From an uncultured delta proteobacterium (GTDB lineage Bacteria > Myxococcota > UBA727 > VGSZ01), in contig CAVZJB010000006.1 in assembly GCA_963775425.1 (NCBI GenBank), forward strand, positions 99,898 to 163,897: DNA of 64,000 bases, read 5' to 3'. Position numbers and translations under genes: made by a program. Of the stretch, positions 45,656-57,900 are shown piece after piece (position 1 is the first letter of the stretch; each line of letters opens with the position of its first letter). The notes beneath the pieces were generated by a model, which saw only the letters and a program-made list of their open reading frames with translations, was not told the DNA's origin and did no database searches.

Positions 45656-45963
45656 GCGGCGCGATGCGACCCCGAGTCTCCGCGTCAGGTACGTGCACAT
45701 CGCACCTCGAGCGAATCGGCGCTCCCGGCCCCGCTCCCGCAAATTGGCCGGAATGACGACGAGGTGGCGGATCGTGGGCTAACGTCCCCGCGTGACTCGA
45801 GCGGCCGTCCTGCGCGCGCCACGGGGGCGCGCCCCGCGTCCGGGAGCACCTCGGGGAGCGCCCGCCCTTGTCGCGGCGATCGCGCTGATCGCGGCGCTCG
45901 CGTGCGGGTCCGGCGCTCGCCACCGCCGACGGCACGCCCCTCGACGCCGTCGTCACCCAGCAC

Positions 45964-48900
45964 GTGTTCGGCGCCGCCGTCGGCGTCGGCAACACGCTCA
46001 TGGAGTTCAGCCGCGGCGTGAACTTCGCCGTGCGCAGCGATCGCTCCGAGGCCACCATCCCGCTGTCGCGCATGGATCCGGACGCCACCGTGGTGCAGGC
46101 GTTCCTCGTGTGGGCGGGCACGTTCCAGCCGAGCCAGGGCATCCCCCTCGATCGCGACGTCGACTTCACCCTCCCCGACGGCACCTTCTTCAACGACCTC
46201 AGCGTCGACGCGCCCGAGCCGGGGGAGACACCGTCGGCGCTCAACCGCTGCGTGTCGCGCAACCTGAACATCGGCGGGCAGACCCAGCCCATGTTCGAGT
46301 GCCGCCGCGAGGTCACGCAGCTCCTGCAGCGCCTCGGCCCCGGCGGCGCCGTCGGCACCTACGGCGTCGAGGACGTCCAGCTCGAGGCCGGCGACTGCAA
46401 CAACGACCCCGGCCGTTGCGAGGCGGCCTACGGCGGCTGGGCCATCGTCGTCCTGTGGGAGTCGCCGACGGAGTCGGTCAAGCGCGACCTCGTCGTCTAC
46501 GACGGCTTCTTCGCCCTCGACGAGCAGGGCAGCACCTTCGGCGGCTTCTCGTCGGGCATCGGACCCGCCTTCGACATGAACGGCTTCACCATCGGGCCCA
46601 CCGCCGACGGCGAGCTCACGTTCCTCGCCTTCGAGGGCGACGCCGACCTCGGCGTGCCGCCGCAGAACCTCCCGAGCAACCCGGTGCGCTGCAACGACGG
46701 CAAGTGCGAAGACTTCATCCAGATCCGCACCGACGGAAACCCCACGTTCAAGAAGCTCCAGGACGCCGCCAACCGGCCCGGCAACCTGATGAACGGCTCC
46801 GACAACACCGGCGGCGTGCACCCCGGCCTCGACATCGACACCTTCGACATCGGCCCCTCGGGGCTCAACGTGCTCCGCGCCGGCGACACGCACCTGTTCC
46901 TGCAGCCAGGCTCGGGCGATGGCGTCGCCGACGACGGCAGCGGCGGCTCCGGCGAGCTGTTCCTCCTCGGCATGACGTTCCTGTCGGTGGAGACGTTCTC
47001 CCCGCGCTTCCTCAACAACTTCACCGAGAAGGTGGTGCTCGAGCCCGTGGCGGGCGCGGGCGAGACGCTGCACTACCTCTTGCGCGTCGAAAACGACGGC
47101 AGCGCGCCGGCCGAAAACGCCCTCATCCGCGACCAGCTCCCCGCCGGCGTCAGCTACGTCCCCGGCTCCACCTCCAACACCTGCGGCGTCGCCAGCGGCG
47201 ACAGAAACGGCACGAGCCCCGTCCTGCAGGGCACAGGGCTCAACGTCGGCACCATCCCCATCAACGGCCGCTGCGAGGTGCGCTTCAACGTCACCGTCGA
47301 CGCCGACGTCGCCGACGGAACGGTCCTCGACAACTTCTTCACCGTCGCCGCCGACGGCGTCCCGCCCATCCTCATCGGGCCCGCCACCACCGTCATCCAG
47401 GCCGCGTCCATCGGGCAGCCGACGAAGACCGTCAGCGTGCTCGGCGGCGGCGAGCCCTCGCAGGGCTCCACCCTCAACTACACCATCCGCGTGCCCAACA
47501 CGGGCACGCGCAACGCGCCGGGGGTCAGCGTGACCGACGCGCTGCCGCCCGAGCTCGAGAACCTCCAGATCGTGTCGTTCCCCGCGGGCGCCGACAACCG
47601 CTCCAGCGCCACAAACGTCGACATCACCGGCATCACCATCGCGCCGGGCGCGTCGGCGGACGTGGTGTTCACCGCGCGCGTCAAGGCGGGCACGCCCACG
47701 GGCACGCGCATCTCCAACCAGGGCCGCGTGGACCAGCCGTCGCTGTCGACGCCGCTGCGCACCGACAATCCCGCCACGCCGGCGCGCCCCGACCCCACGG
47801 TGATCACCACGGCGTCGGGCGTGTCGCTCACGTCTTCGAGCAAGAGCGCGCGCGACAAAAACGGCGGCCGTTTGCAGCCGGGCGACGTCGTGGAGTTCAC
47901 CGTCCACGTCGCAAAGACGGGGAGCGCCTCCACCGTCATCGACCTCGACGACAGCCTGCCGCTTCACATGGGCGGCTGCGTGGTGGTGTCGTCGCCGCCG
48001 GGCGGCTTCGCCAACTGCACGCCCGGCGGCGCCAACGGCACGGGGCGCGTCGTGGGCGCGGTCGCCGTGGCCGGCGCGGGCGGCGGCGACTTCGTGTTCT
48101 CCGCCGTCGTCGACGCCACGGCGCCCGACGGGTTCTCCTTGGTGAACACGGCGCACCTGACGCCGGAGGCGGACCCGTCGTTCGCCGTCGACGTCAGCTC
48201 GGCGCCGCTGGCCGTGTTTGCGCGGCCCGACTTCACCACGTCGCGCAAGGCCGTCGTCGACGGCAACGGCGGCGACGCGCGGCCCGGAGACGCGCTCACG
48301 TACACGGTGACGGTGGTGAACAACGGGAGCGTCGCGGCGCAAAACGTCGTCGTCACCGACGCCGTGCCCGGGGGGCTCGGGAGCGTGGTCGCGCTCGACG
48401 GCGGAGCGTTCGCGCCGAGCGGCGGCGCGCCGCCGGCGAGCCCGGGCACGGTGACGTGGACCGCGCCGGCGTTGGCGGCGGGCGCCACGGCGACGTTCCG
48501 CTTCACCACGCAGATCCTCGCCGGGACGCCGAACAACACCCGCATCCGCAACACGGCGCTCGTGCACGGCGACGCGCCCGCAGCGGACTTCACCACGCCG
48601 CCCGTCGACGTCGTCGTGCGCGCGTCGCCGGCGCTCGTGGTGACAAAGACGGTGGCGGACCTCGGGCCGCCGCCTTTCCGCCCCGGCGACACGGTGCGCT
48701 ACACGCTCCGCATCCAGAACACCGGCGACGGCGCCGCCAGCAACGTCGTCCTGCGCGACACGCTCGACCCGAGCTTCGAGACGGCCCTCACCAACAACGG
48801 CGGACGCGTCGCCGGCGGGGACGTGGTCTTCGACACCTCCACCGTGGCCGCGCTCTCCCGCCTCGAGCCGCCCGGCGTGGGGGCGCCGGGTGCCGACGTC

Positions 48901-51900
48901 GTGACGCTCACCTTCGACGCGCGCCTCTCTGGCGTGCTCGCGAACGGCACCGTCGTCGCAAACCAGGGCCGCACCACCGCGGATCAGCTCCCGTCGCCGG
49001 TCTTGTCCGACGACCCGGGCACCGCCACGGCGAACGATCCCACGCGCTTCACGGTGACGAGCCAGGCCGTCGTCAGCATGGACAAGACCTTCGTCGACGA
49101 CAACGCCGGCGCGCTGCTCCCCGGGGACACGGTCACCTACACCCTTACGCTGAACGACACGGGGGACGCGCCGGCCGGCGCGGTCGTCGTCACCGACGTC
49201 CTCGACAACCGCCTCACGTTCGTCGCCTCCCCCGACGGCGGCGCCGTGTCCGGCGTCGGCGGCGGCGGCGCGGGCGGGACCGTCACCTTCCCCGCGCGCG
49301 ACGTCGTCCCCGGCGCCGCCGTGCAGCTCCGCTTCACCGTGCGCGTCGCCACCGGGCTCGCCAACGGCACCGTCATCGCCAACCAGGCGCGCGCGGCGTC
49401 GCCGGTGGCGGCCACCACCGTGTCAAACGATCCGAGCACGGTGACGCCGCTCGATCCCACGCGCCTCACGGTCGAGTCGCGCCCCGTCCTCGACGACGTG
49501 CAAAAGACCGTCACCGACCTCGACGGCGACGGGCGCTTCGAGCCCGGCGATCGCGTCCGCTACACGATCACGGTGCCGAACACCGGCAGCGAGGCCGCCG
49601 CCGCCGTCGTCGTCACCGACGTGCTCCCGGCCGCGCTCGAAAACGCCGTCGCCGGCCAGGGCGGCGTGGTCGTGGGGGCGGCGGCGCGGGGAGCGGCGGC
49701 CCCGGCGGCACCGTCACGTGGCCGCTCGGCGCCGTCCCCGTCGGCGTCACGCGCACGCTCACGGTGGACGCGGACATCGTGCGCCCCTTCGGCGACGCCG
49801 TCCCCGTCGACAACCAGGCGCGCGTCACGGGGAGCAACTTCGCCGCCGTTGTCTCGGACGATCCGGCCACGGCCACGCTCGACGATCCCACGCGCTTCCT
49901 CACGTTCTCCAAGCCGCACCTCGTCGTCGAAAAGGCCGTCGCCGACCCGGCGTCCCCCGGCGGGCCCGGCATCGTCGCGCCCGGCGACACGCTCACCTAC
50001 ACCATCACGCTCAGCCAACGACGGCGGCCGCGCCGCCGACGCCGTCACCGTCACCGACCTCGTCGACACCCGCCTCGACACCGTCACGCCCCTCGACGGC
50101 GGCGCGCTCGCGGGCCGGACCATCACGTGGAGCGTCGCCTCCATCGCCACCGACGCCGTCGCCACGCTGCGCTTCACCGCGCTCGTGCACGTGCCGCTGC
50201 CAAACGGCGTGATCATCCCGAACCGCGCGCGCGCGGTGCTCGCCGAGCCGGGCGTCCCCGGTGTGCCCTTCCTCTCCGACGACCCGCGCACCGCCGCCGC
50301 CGGCGACACCACCGACGTGCAGGTGGTGTCCGCCGCCGATCTGTCCGCCACCACGCTCGAGACGCTCGACCCGCTCAGCGGCGCCCCCATCACGTTCGCG
50401 CAGCCCGGGCAGGCGGTGCGCTACCGCCTCGTGGTGCAAAACCGCGGCACCGACGACGGGCGCCGCGTGCGCGCGCGCCTGGTGCTGCCGCCGGAGGTGG
50501 AGCTCGTGTCGGCGCCCGGCGCCACGGTCAACGGCGCCACCCTCGTGTACAACCGCCAGGGCGTCGCGGCGCTCGCGGACGTCGCGCCCGGCGACGTCGT
50601 CACCCTCGACGTCGACGTGCGCCTCAAGGCGCCGCTGTCCGTCACGCAGCCCATCTCGGCGCAGGCCGAGCTGACGGCCGCCGGCGTCGCCAACCCGTTC
50701 CGCTCGGACGATCCGTCCACCGCCGCCTTCGGCGATCCCACGCTGCTCGATGTGCTCAGCCTCGTCGTCACCAAGGACGTGGCGCCGTCCCGCACGGCCG
50801 CGCCCGGCGACGTGCTCACGTGGACGATCACCGCGGCGTCCGGCGGCACCATCGCCGTCGGTCCGAGCACGCTCACGGACGTCGTCTCGCCGGCGCTCAG
50901 CACCGTCACGCCCGGGCCGGGGCTCAGCTTCGACGCGGCGAGCCGCACGCTGTCGGGCGCCCTCGCACCCATCGCGCCAGGGACCTCGCGCACGCTCACG
51001 TTCACCGCGCGCGTCGGCAACACCGCCGCCAACGGCACGCGCATCGAGAACCAGGCCACCGTGCAGAGCGCCGCCCTCGGCGCCGTGCTCTCCGACGACC
51101 CCACCACCGCGGCGGCGCTCGACCCCACCGTGGTGCTCGTCGACGCCACGCCGGTGCTCACCACGTCCACCAAGGTCGCCGCCGACGTCGACGGCGCGCC
51201 GCTCTTGCCCGGCGACACCGTCCGTTACGTCGTCACCGTCGTGAACTCCGGGCGCGGCACCGCGGACGACGTGCGCGTGACCGACGTCCTCGACGCCAAC
51301 CTCTCCGTGCTCGCGGTGGAAAACGGCGGCAACAACGCCGGCAACACCATCTCCTGGGACGCGTCCACCACGCCGGCGCTCGCGGCGGTGGCGCGCGGCG
51401 CCAGCGTGGTGCTCGCTTTCACGGCCAAGGTGAGCCCCGCCGTCGTCGACGGCACGTCCATCCCCAACCAGGCGTCCATCGTGTCACGCGACGTGAGCGG
51501 CGCCGTGCGCACCGACGATCCGTCCACGCCGGCGCCGGGCGATCCCACCGTCGTGCGCGTGACCGCGCCGAAGCTCTCCCTCACCAAGCGCTTTGTCGAC
51601 AACACCCCGCACCCGGGCGGCGGGGTCGACGTGGAGCCCGGCGACGCCGTCGAGTACGACGTCACGGTGCGCAACACGGGCGGGGTGGCCGCCACCGGCG
51701 TCGTGGTCACCGACGTCCTGCCGCCCGGCGTCCTCGTCGACGTCAGCGTGCTCGACGGCGGCAGCGACGACGCCGGCCTCGTGACGTGGACGGTACCCCG
51801 CGTGCCGCCGGGCGGCAGCGCCGTCGTGCGCGTGCGCGCCACCGTGGATCCGCTCGCCACGGGAGGCACCCGCATCGAGAACCGCGCCGAGGCCACCGCC

Positions 51901-54900
51901 AACGAGGTCGGCCTCGCCGTCCGCTCCGACGACCCGGACACGGCCACGCCCGACGACGCCACCGTCCGCGTCGTCACCGCCAGCGAGCTCTGGCACGGCA
52001 CCGTCGAGCTGTTCGACGCCGACAGCGGCGCGCCCATCGTCACGCCGGTCATCCCGCAGCAGCGCATCCGCGGGCGCATCACGTTCCAAAACGACGGCAA
52101 CCAGACCGCGCAGGCGGTGGTGCTCACCGTGCCCGTGCAGCAAGACCGCATCGTCGTCGACAGCACCACCGGCGGCGGCGTGGTCGACCAGGCCGGGGTG
52201 CGCTGGGACGCGAGCCAGAACCCCGCGTTCGTGCGCATGTCCACCGGGCAGGGCGCGCAGGTGGAGTTCACCGGCAGGATGGCGTCACCGCTGCCAGACG
52301 ACATCGACATCCCCGTCGAGGGCCTCGTCGTCACTGCCGCCGTGCCGACGCCGCCGGCGGTCATCGGGCCCGCGGTGCTGCACACCAGGAGCCGCCCCGA
52401 CCTGAGCGCCACCACCAAGGAGGTCATCGACGACGACGGCGGCCTCGTCGAGCCCGGCGACCTCCTCACGTATCGCATCACGGTCCTGAACGACGGCGGC
52501 GTGAGCGCACCCAACGTCCACGTCTTCGACGCCATCCCCGGCGGCATGGTCTACGTCGCGAATTCCACGCGGTTGCGCGGCCAGCCCGTCGCCGACCCCG
52601 CGCCGTCCGTGTCGCCGCTGCAGGCGCCGTCGTCGGCGGGGCAGCCGGCGGGGCTCGCCGTCGGCGACCTCGACGCGGGCCGCAGCGCCGTCGTCGAGAT
52701 GAAGGTGCGGGTGTCGCCGGCCGCGCCGCGCGGGGTGCGCATCGACAACCAGGCCGTCCTCACGGCCTCGGGTGCGCCCGACGCGGTGAGCGACAACCCC
52801 AACACGCCGCTCATCCTCGGTGATCCCACGCCCGTCATCGTCGGCGGCGGCGCGTCTCTCGTCGCCGAGAAGGTCGGCGCGCCCTCGCCGGTGGTCGCGG
52901 GCGACGCCCTGCACTTCGACATCCACATCGAAAACGTCGGCACCGAGCCCGCCCTTGGAATCACCGCCGACGACGTCGTGCCGCGCGGCACGCACTACCT
53001 CACCGGCTCGCTCGTGGTCGACGGCGTCCCCGCCACCGACGCCGCGGACCGCGACGACGCCGACGTCTCCGGCGCCGGCCTCGTCACCGTGCACCTGCAC
53101 CGCGCGCTGCTGGAGGCGGGCGAGGGCGTCACCCTCGGCTTCGACGTCAAGGTCGACAGCGCGAGCGTGGTCGAAAACCAGGCGCAGGTGGCGTCGGAAA
53201 ACGCGGGCTCGCTCCTCACCGACGGAGACCCGTTGGTGCCGGGCGCCCAGCCGACGGTGGTGCCGGTGAAGAACGCGCGCGCCATCGTCATCGACCCCGA
53301 CACGGTCCGCATCATCGACGACCGTGGGGGCGTCCTCTTGCCGGGAGACACCGTCACCGTGCGGGCCACCGTGCGCAACCAATCGCTCGAGCACGTGGTG
53401 CTCGACGGCGTCGAGCTTGGCGTCAGCGCGCTCCTCGACGTCGTGCCGGAGGCGGTGACCGCGGCGGATCCGCGGCTGCGCTTCGACGCCGCCCAACGCG
53501 TGGTGCGCTTCGTCGACGGCACCAGCGTCGACATCGAGGACGGCGGCGCGTTCGACGTCACCTTCCCCGCCACCGTGAGCGGCGACGCGCGCACCGGAGA
53601 CACCGTGCGCGCGCTCGGCAGCGCCCACGTGCACACGCTGGACGGCGCGCTCGAGAAGAACGCGAACCTCGGCCGCGCCGCGCTCACCGTCGGGTTGTTG
53701 CCGGGCACCGGCGCCATCGAAGGCACGCTGTTCCTCGACGGCGGCGAGCACGACGAGGTGTTCCAACCCGAGACCGACGCGCGGGTGCGGGGCATGTCCG
53801 TGCTCGCCTTCTGGCGTGACGACACCGAGCCCGTGCAGACCGCCATCGCCGACGACCAGGGCCACTTCCAACTGCTCCCCGTGCCCGCCGGCCGGTATCG
53901 CCTCGAGCTGCGCTCGCCGGGCGGCGCTTCGTTCGGCGCCGTCGGCGCGAGCGAGCTGCAAAGCGGCGAGGTGCGCGAGCGCGACATCGCCGTGACGGCC
54001 ACGGGCGCGGTCTACCTGAGCGGCTCGCAGCGCGTGCCCGAGGGGGCACGCGTGCAGCTCTTCGCCGACGACGGCGACGCCGACCCCGACAACGACGTCC
54101 TCGTGTCCGATCGCCTGCTCGGCGAGGGGCAGCAGGGCCAGCCGGTGACCGCGCAGGGTCTGTATCGCTTCGACCCGCCGCCCGGCCGGTATCGCATCGC
54201 CGTGGAGCCGCCCGATCCGCTGACGTCGTTCCCGTCGTCCGCGGTCCCCGTCGCCGCCGACAGCGCGGGCAACCCCTTCGGCGCGTTCGCCGCGCTCGAC
54301 GGCGCCGGCGACGTCGAGGGCGTCACCGCGCCGCTGCCGGTGTTCAATCCGCGCGGCGCCGGCGCGGGCGGCGCGGTCAACGGCGGCGAGCCGTACTTCC
54401 TGCGCTTCGACGTGCAGGCCGGCGGGCCGCCGCTGTCGCGCAACTTCATCCCCGTGGACGCGCTCAAGTCGCAGCTCACCTTGACGAAGACCGCGAACCA
54501 CAAGCGCGCGAGCGTCGGCGACATCGTGAGCTACACGGTGCGCGTCGACAACCGCGCGCTCGCCGGGGTCACCACGGCAGACGGCGGCGTCGAGATCATC
54601 GACACGTTGCCGTTCGGCTTCCGCCTCGTCGACGGGAGCTACCGCCTCGACCGCATCACCACGGACGGCAAGGGACAACAGCGCCGCAGCCAGGTGGTGG
54701 TGAAGGACCACGGCGGCACCGCGCACGTCTTTGGGCCGTTCGAGATGCTGCCGTCGTCGGCGTACGAGCTGCGCTACAACGTCGTCGTCGGGCCGGGGAC
54801 GACGACGGGCCCGCACGAAAACCGCGCGGCGCTGCGCATGGCCGCCGGGCAGGTGCCGCTGAGCGAAGACGCGCTCGCGTCGGTGCAGGTGGTCGCCGAC

Positions 54901-57900
54901 GGCCTCTTCGACCTCGGCACCATCCGCGGCAAGGTCTTCTGCGACGACGACGGCGACGGCTGGCAGGACGCGGGAGAACAAGGGCTCCCCGGCGTGCGCA
55001 TGGTGGTCGACACCGGGCAGTGGACCGACAGCGACGTCACGGGCAAGGCGCACTTCTCCGCCATCCCGGCGGGCATGCACCTGGTGAAGCTCGACGAGCG
55101 CACGCTGCCGCCGGGGACCGTGCCCGAGAAGGTGCGCGAGACCTTCTACATGTCGCCCGGCCTCCCCGCCGAGATCTCGTTCGGCGCGAAGTGCGTGTTC
55201 TCGTCCGAGGACAAGCCCGAGGTCGTCGTCAACGAGGCCGCCTACGCCCCGGGCGAGGGCGAAGGGCCGGTGAAGCACCACCTCGAAGGCCAGGCGAGCC
55301 CGGCCAAGCTCACCGTCGACGGCGTCGCCGTGGATGTGCAGCGCGCGGACCTGGGCGTCGGCGTCGAGGGCGAAGATCCTGCGTTCGCCGGCGCCGCGGG
55401 CCCGAACCTCCCCGCCGTCGTCGACGGCGGGCTGCGCCCGCGCGTCGAATTCATCCCGCGCGTCGACGGCGGCGCCGCGCCCGTGGCGTGGCAGATCGAG
55501 ATCGAGGCCCTGGGCCTGCCCGCGCCCTCGGGCGCGGAGCCGCCTTCCTCCGGCGTGGGCAGCGCTTCTGCGCCGCGCGCCGTCGAGGTGGATCCGCTCG
55601 CCCAGCCGCGGACGGTGTGGATGTTCGCGGGCCACGGGGCGCCGCCGTCGCACGTGTTCTTCGACGGCAAGGACCCGCAGACGGGATCGGAGGAGCTGTT
55701 CGAGCACCAGCTCTATCGCGCCACGCTCACCGTCGGGTTCGAAGACGGCGCGCGCGCGACGTCGGCGGCGCGCGTGTTCGGCGTGCGCGCGGGCGCGGGC
55801 GCGGACGACGCGCCGGGGCAGACCTTCGAGATCGACTCCGTCGACGGCGAGCTGTTCTCCCGCGCGGGCCGGCCCACGGCCCGCCTGTCGGGTTGGCTCG
55901 GGGGCCACGCCACGGCGCTGCGCGGAAAGAAGGTCACCGTCGTCGTGCACACCGATCAGACCGGCGCGGCGGCGCGCTCGCTGACGGCGCGCCGGGCGGC
56001 GGCGGCAAAGAAGGCGCTCGTCGGCTTCGGCCTCGCCGCCGACGACGTCGCCGTCAAAGGCGCCGGCGACGCGTTCCCCAAGATGCCGAACCTCCGCCGG
56101 CGCGATCGGCTCACCAACCGCCGCGTGGAGATCGTCGTCGACAAGAGCGAGAGCGCGCTGCCGCCGCTGGCGGCGCCTGCCGCCGTTGCGCCGTCGGCGC
56201 GGGTGAACGGCAAGGAGGTCGCCGGCGACGGCGCGTTCGCCGTCGACGTCTCCGTGCCGCGCGGAGACGCGCTCGCGGTGGAGCTCGTGTCGTCGACCGG
56301 GGCGGTGACGCGCGTGGTGAAGAGCGACACGCCGGCGGCGGCGAGCACGGAGACGCCGGCGGCGCCGCTGTCGGTGTCGTTCAATCCGGGGTCGCGCGCC
56401 CTGACGCTCGACGGCGACCCCGTGAGCGCCGCGCTCCTCGGCGTCCGCATCGCGCGCGCGGCGCTGGCCGCCGACGGGAGCGCGGTCATCGAGCCCGCGC
56501 TCCCCCCGAAGCCCGCGGCGGCGGACGGCGCGAACGCCATCGTGGCGTGGACCGTGCGCGTCTTCGTCGAGAAGGACGGCGCGCCGGCGTTCGCCGAGGA
56601 CGACGCCGCTATCGGTCCCGTGGTGCGCGAGCTTTCGGGTGAGGGCAGGCCGCCGGCGAAGATCGCGTGGGACGGCCTCGACGCCGACGGCCAGAAGGTG
56701 CCCGGCGGGCGGCTGCGCGCGCGGCTCATCGTGAAGACCGCGGGCGGCGACACCGGCATCTCGCCCGACGCGCCGCTTTTGGCCGGCGCCGCGGGCGTCG
56801 CGGGGGCGCCGGTGGTCATCGCCGATCCACTCGACGCGCACGGCAAGCTGACGGCGGCGGCCAACAACGCGGTGAAGGCGCTGGCGGCGCAGGCCAAGGA
56901 CGCGGCGGCGGTGAAGATCACCGTGCACAGCGACGACAGCGGCACGCAGCTCAACCGGCGCTTCCGCACGCAAAACGGCGCCACCGCCATGAAGGCGCTC
57001 CTCGTCGCCGCGGGCGTGCCCGCCGCCAAGGTGAGCGCGGTGGGCATGGGCTCGGACAAGCCGTTGGTGCCGAACCTCAGCCGCAAGATGCGCGAGGAGA
57101 ACCGCCGCGCCGAGGTGGTGTTGGTTGCGCCCGCGGCGCCGGCGCCGACGTCGACGTCGACGCCGGTGGCGCCCGCGCTGCGCGCCAACGGCCAGCCGCT
57201 CGCGCAAGACGGCGAGCGCCTCGGCGGGCAGGTGCCGGCGACGCGCAGCGGCGAGACCGTCCTCGACCTCCGCGACGCCGACGGCGCGCGCGCCACGCTC
57301 CACGTCCGCCCGAACGACGCGGGCGAGGTCTGGGAGGGCGACGCCCCCGCGTACGCAGCGTGGGTCGCCATGGCCGCGCCCGTCGAGCTCGCGCCGCCCG
57401 CCGAGGCCGCCGCGGCCCCTGTCGGGGGGGCCGCGAGCGGCACGCCCGTCGAGGGTGCGGGGCGCGCGCGGCCCGTCGCCGGCGCGGCGCCTGTCGACGG
57501 CATCGCGCCGCTCACGCCGGCAAAGCCGAAGAGCGCGGGCCCGCCCACCTGGTACCCGGACGTCCAGAAGCTCGGGGCGCACGACCTCGTCGTCGAGCTC
57601 CCCGCCGACACCAGCGCGCTCCACGCGGACACGCTCCTCGTGCGCGGACGAACCAATCCGCAGAACAAGCTGCGCATCGGCACCGACGAGGTCGCCGTCG
57701 ATCCCGACACCGGGGCCTTTGTTCACGTCGTCAAGCTGCCCGAGGGCGACAGCGACCTCGTCGTCGAGGCCACCGACCCCACCGGCAACGTCGGCCGCAT
57801 CAAGCGCGCGGTCAACGTCGACACCACCGGCTGGTTCGCGCTCCTCCTCGCCGACACGGCGTTCGGCGGCGACGGCGCCGACCTCGGCGAACGCACACCC

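Noticed and set aside
45792-52823. A 2,343-aa plus-strand ORF overlapping the 5' half of the giant gene in another frame
   Set aside because: It is almost entirely Arg/Pro/His-rich text. Only two short stretches look real: the leader at 45792-~45910 and the repeat at ~49677-50015. I interpret those as pieces of the giant gene displaced by indels.
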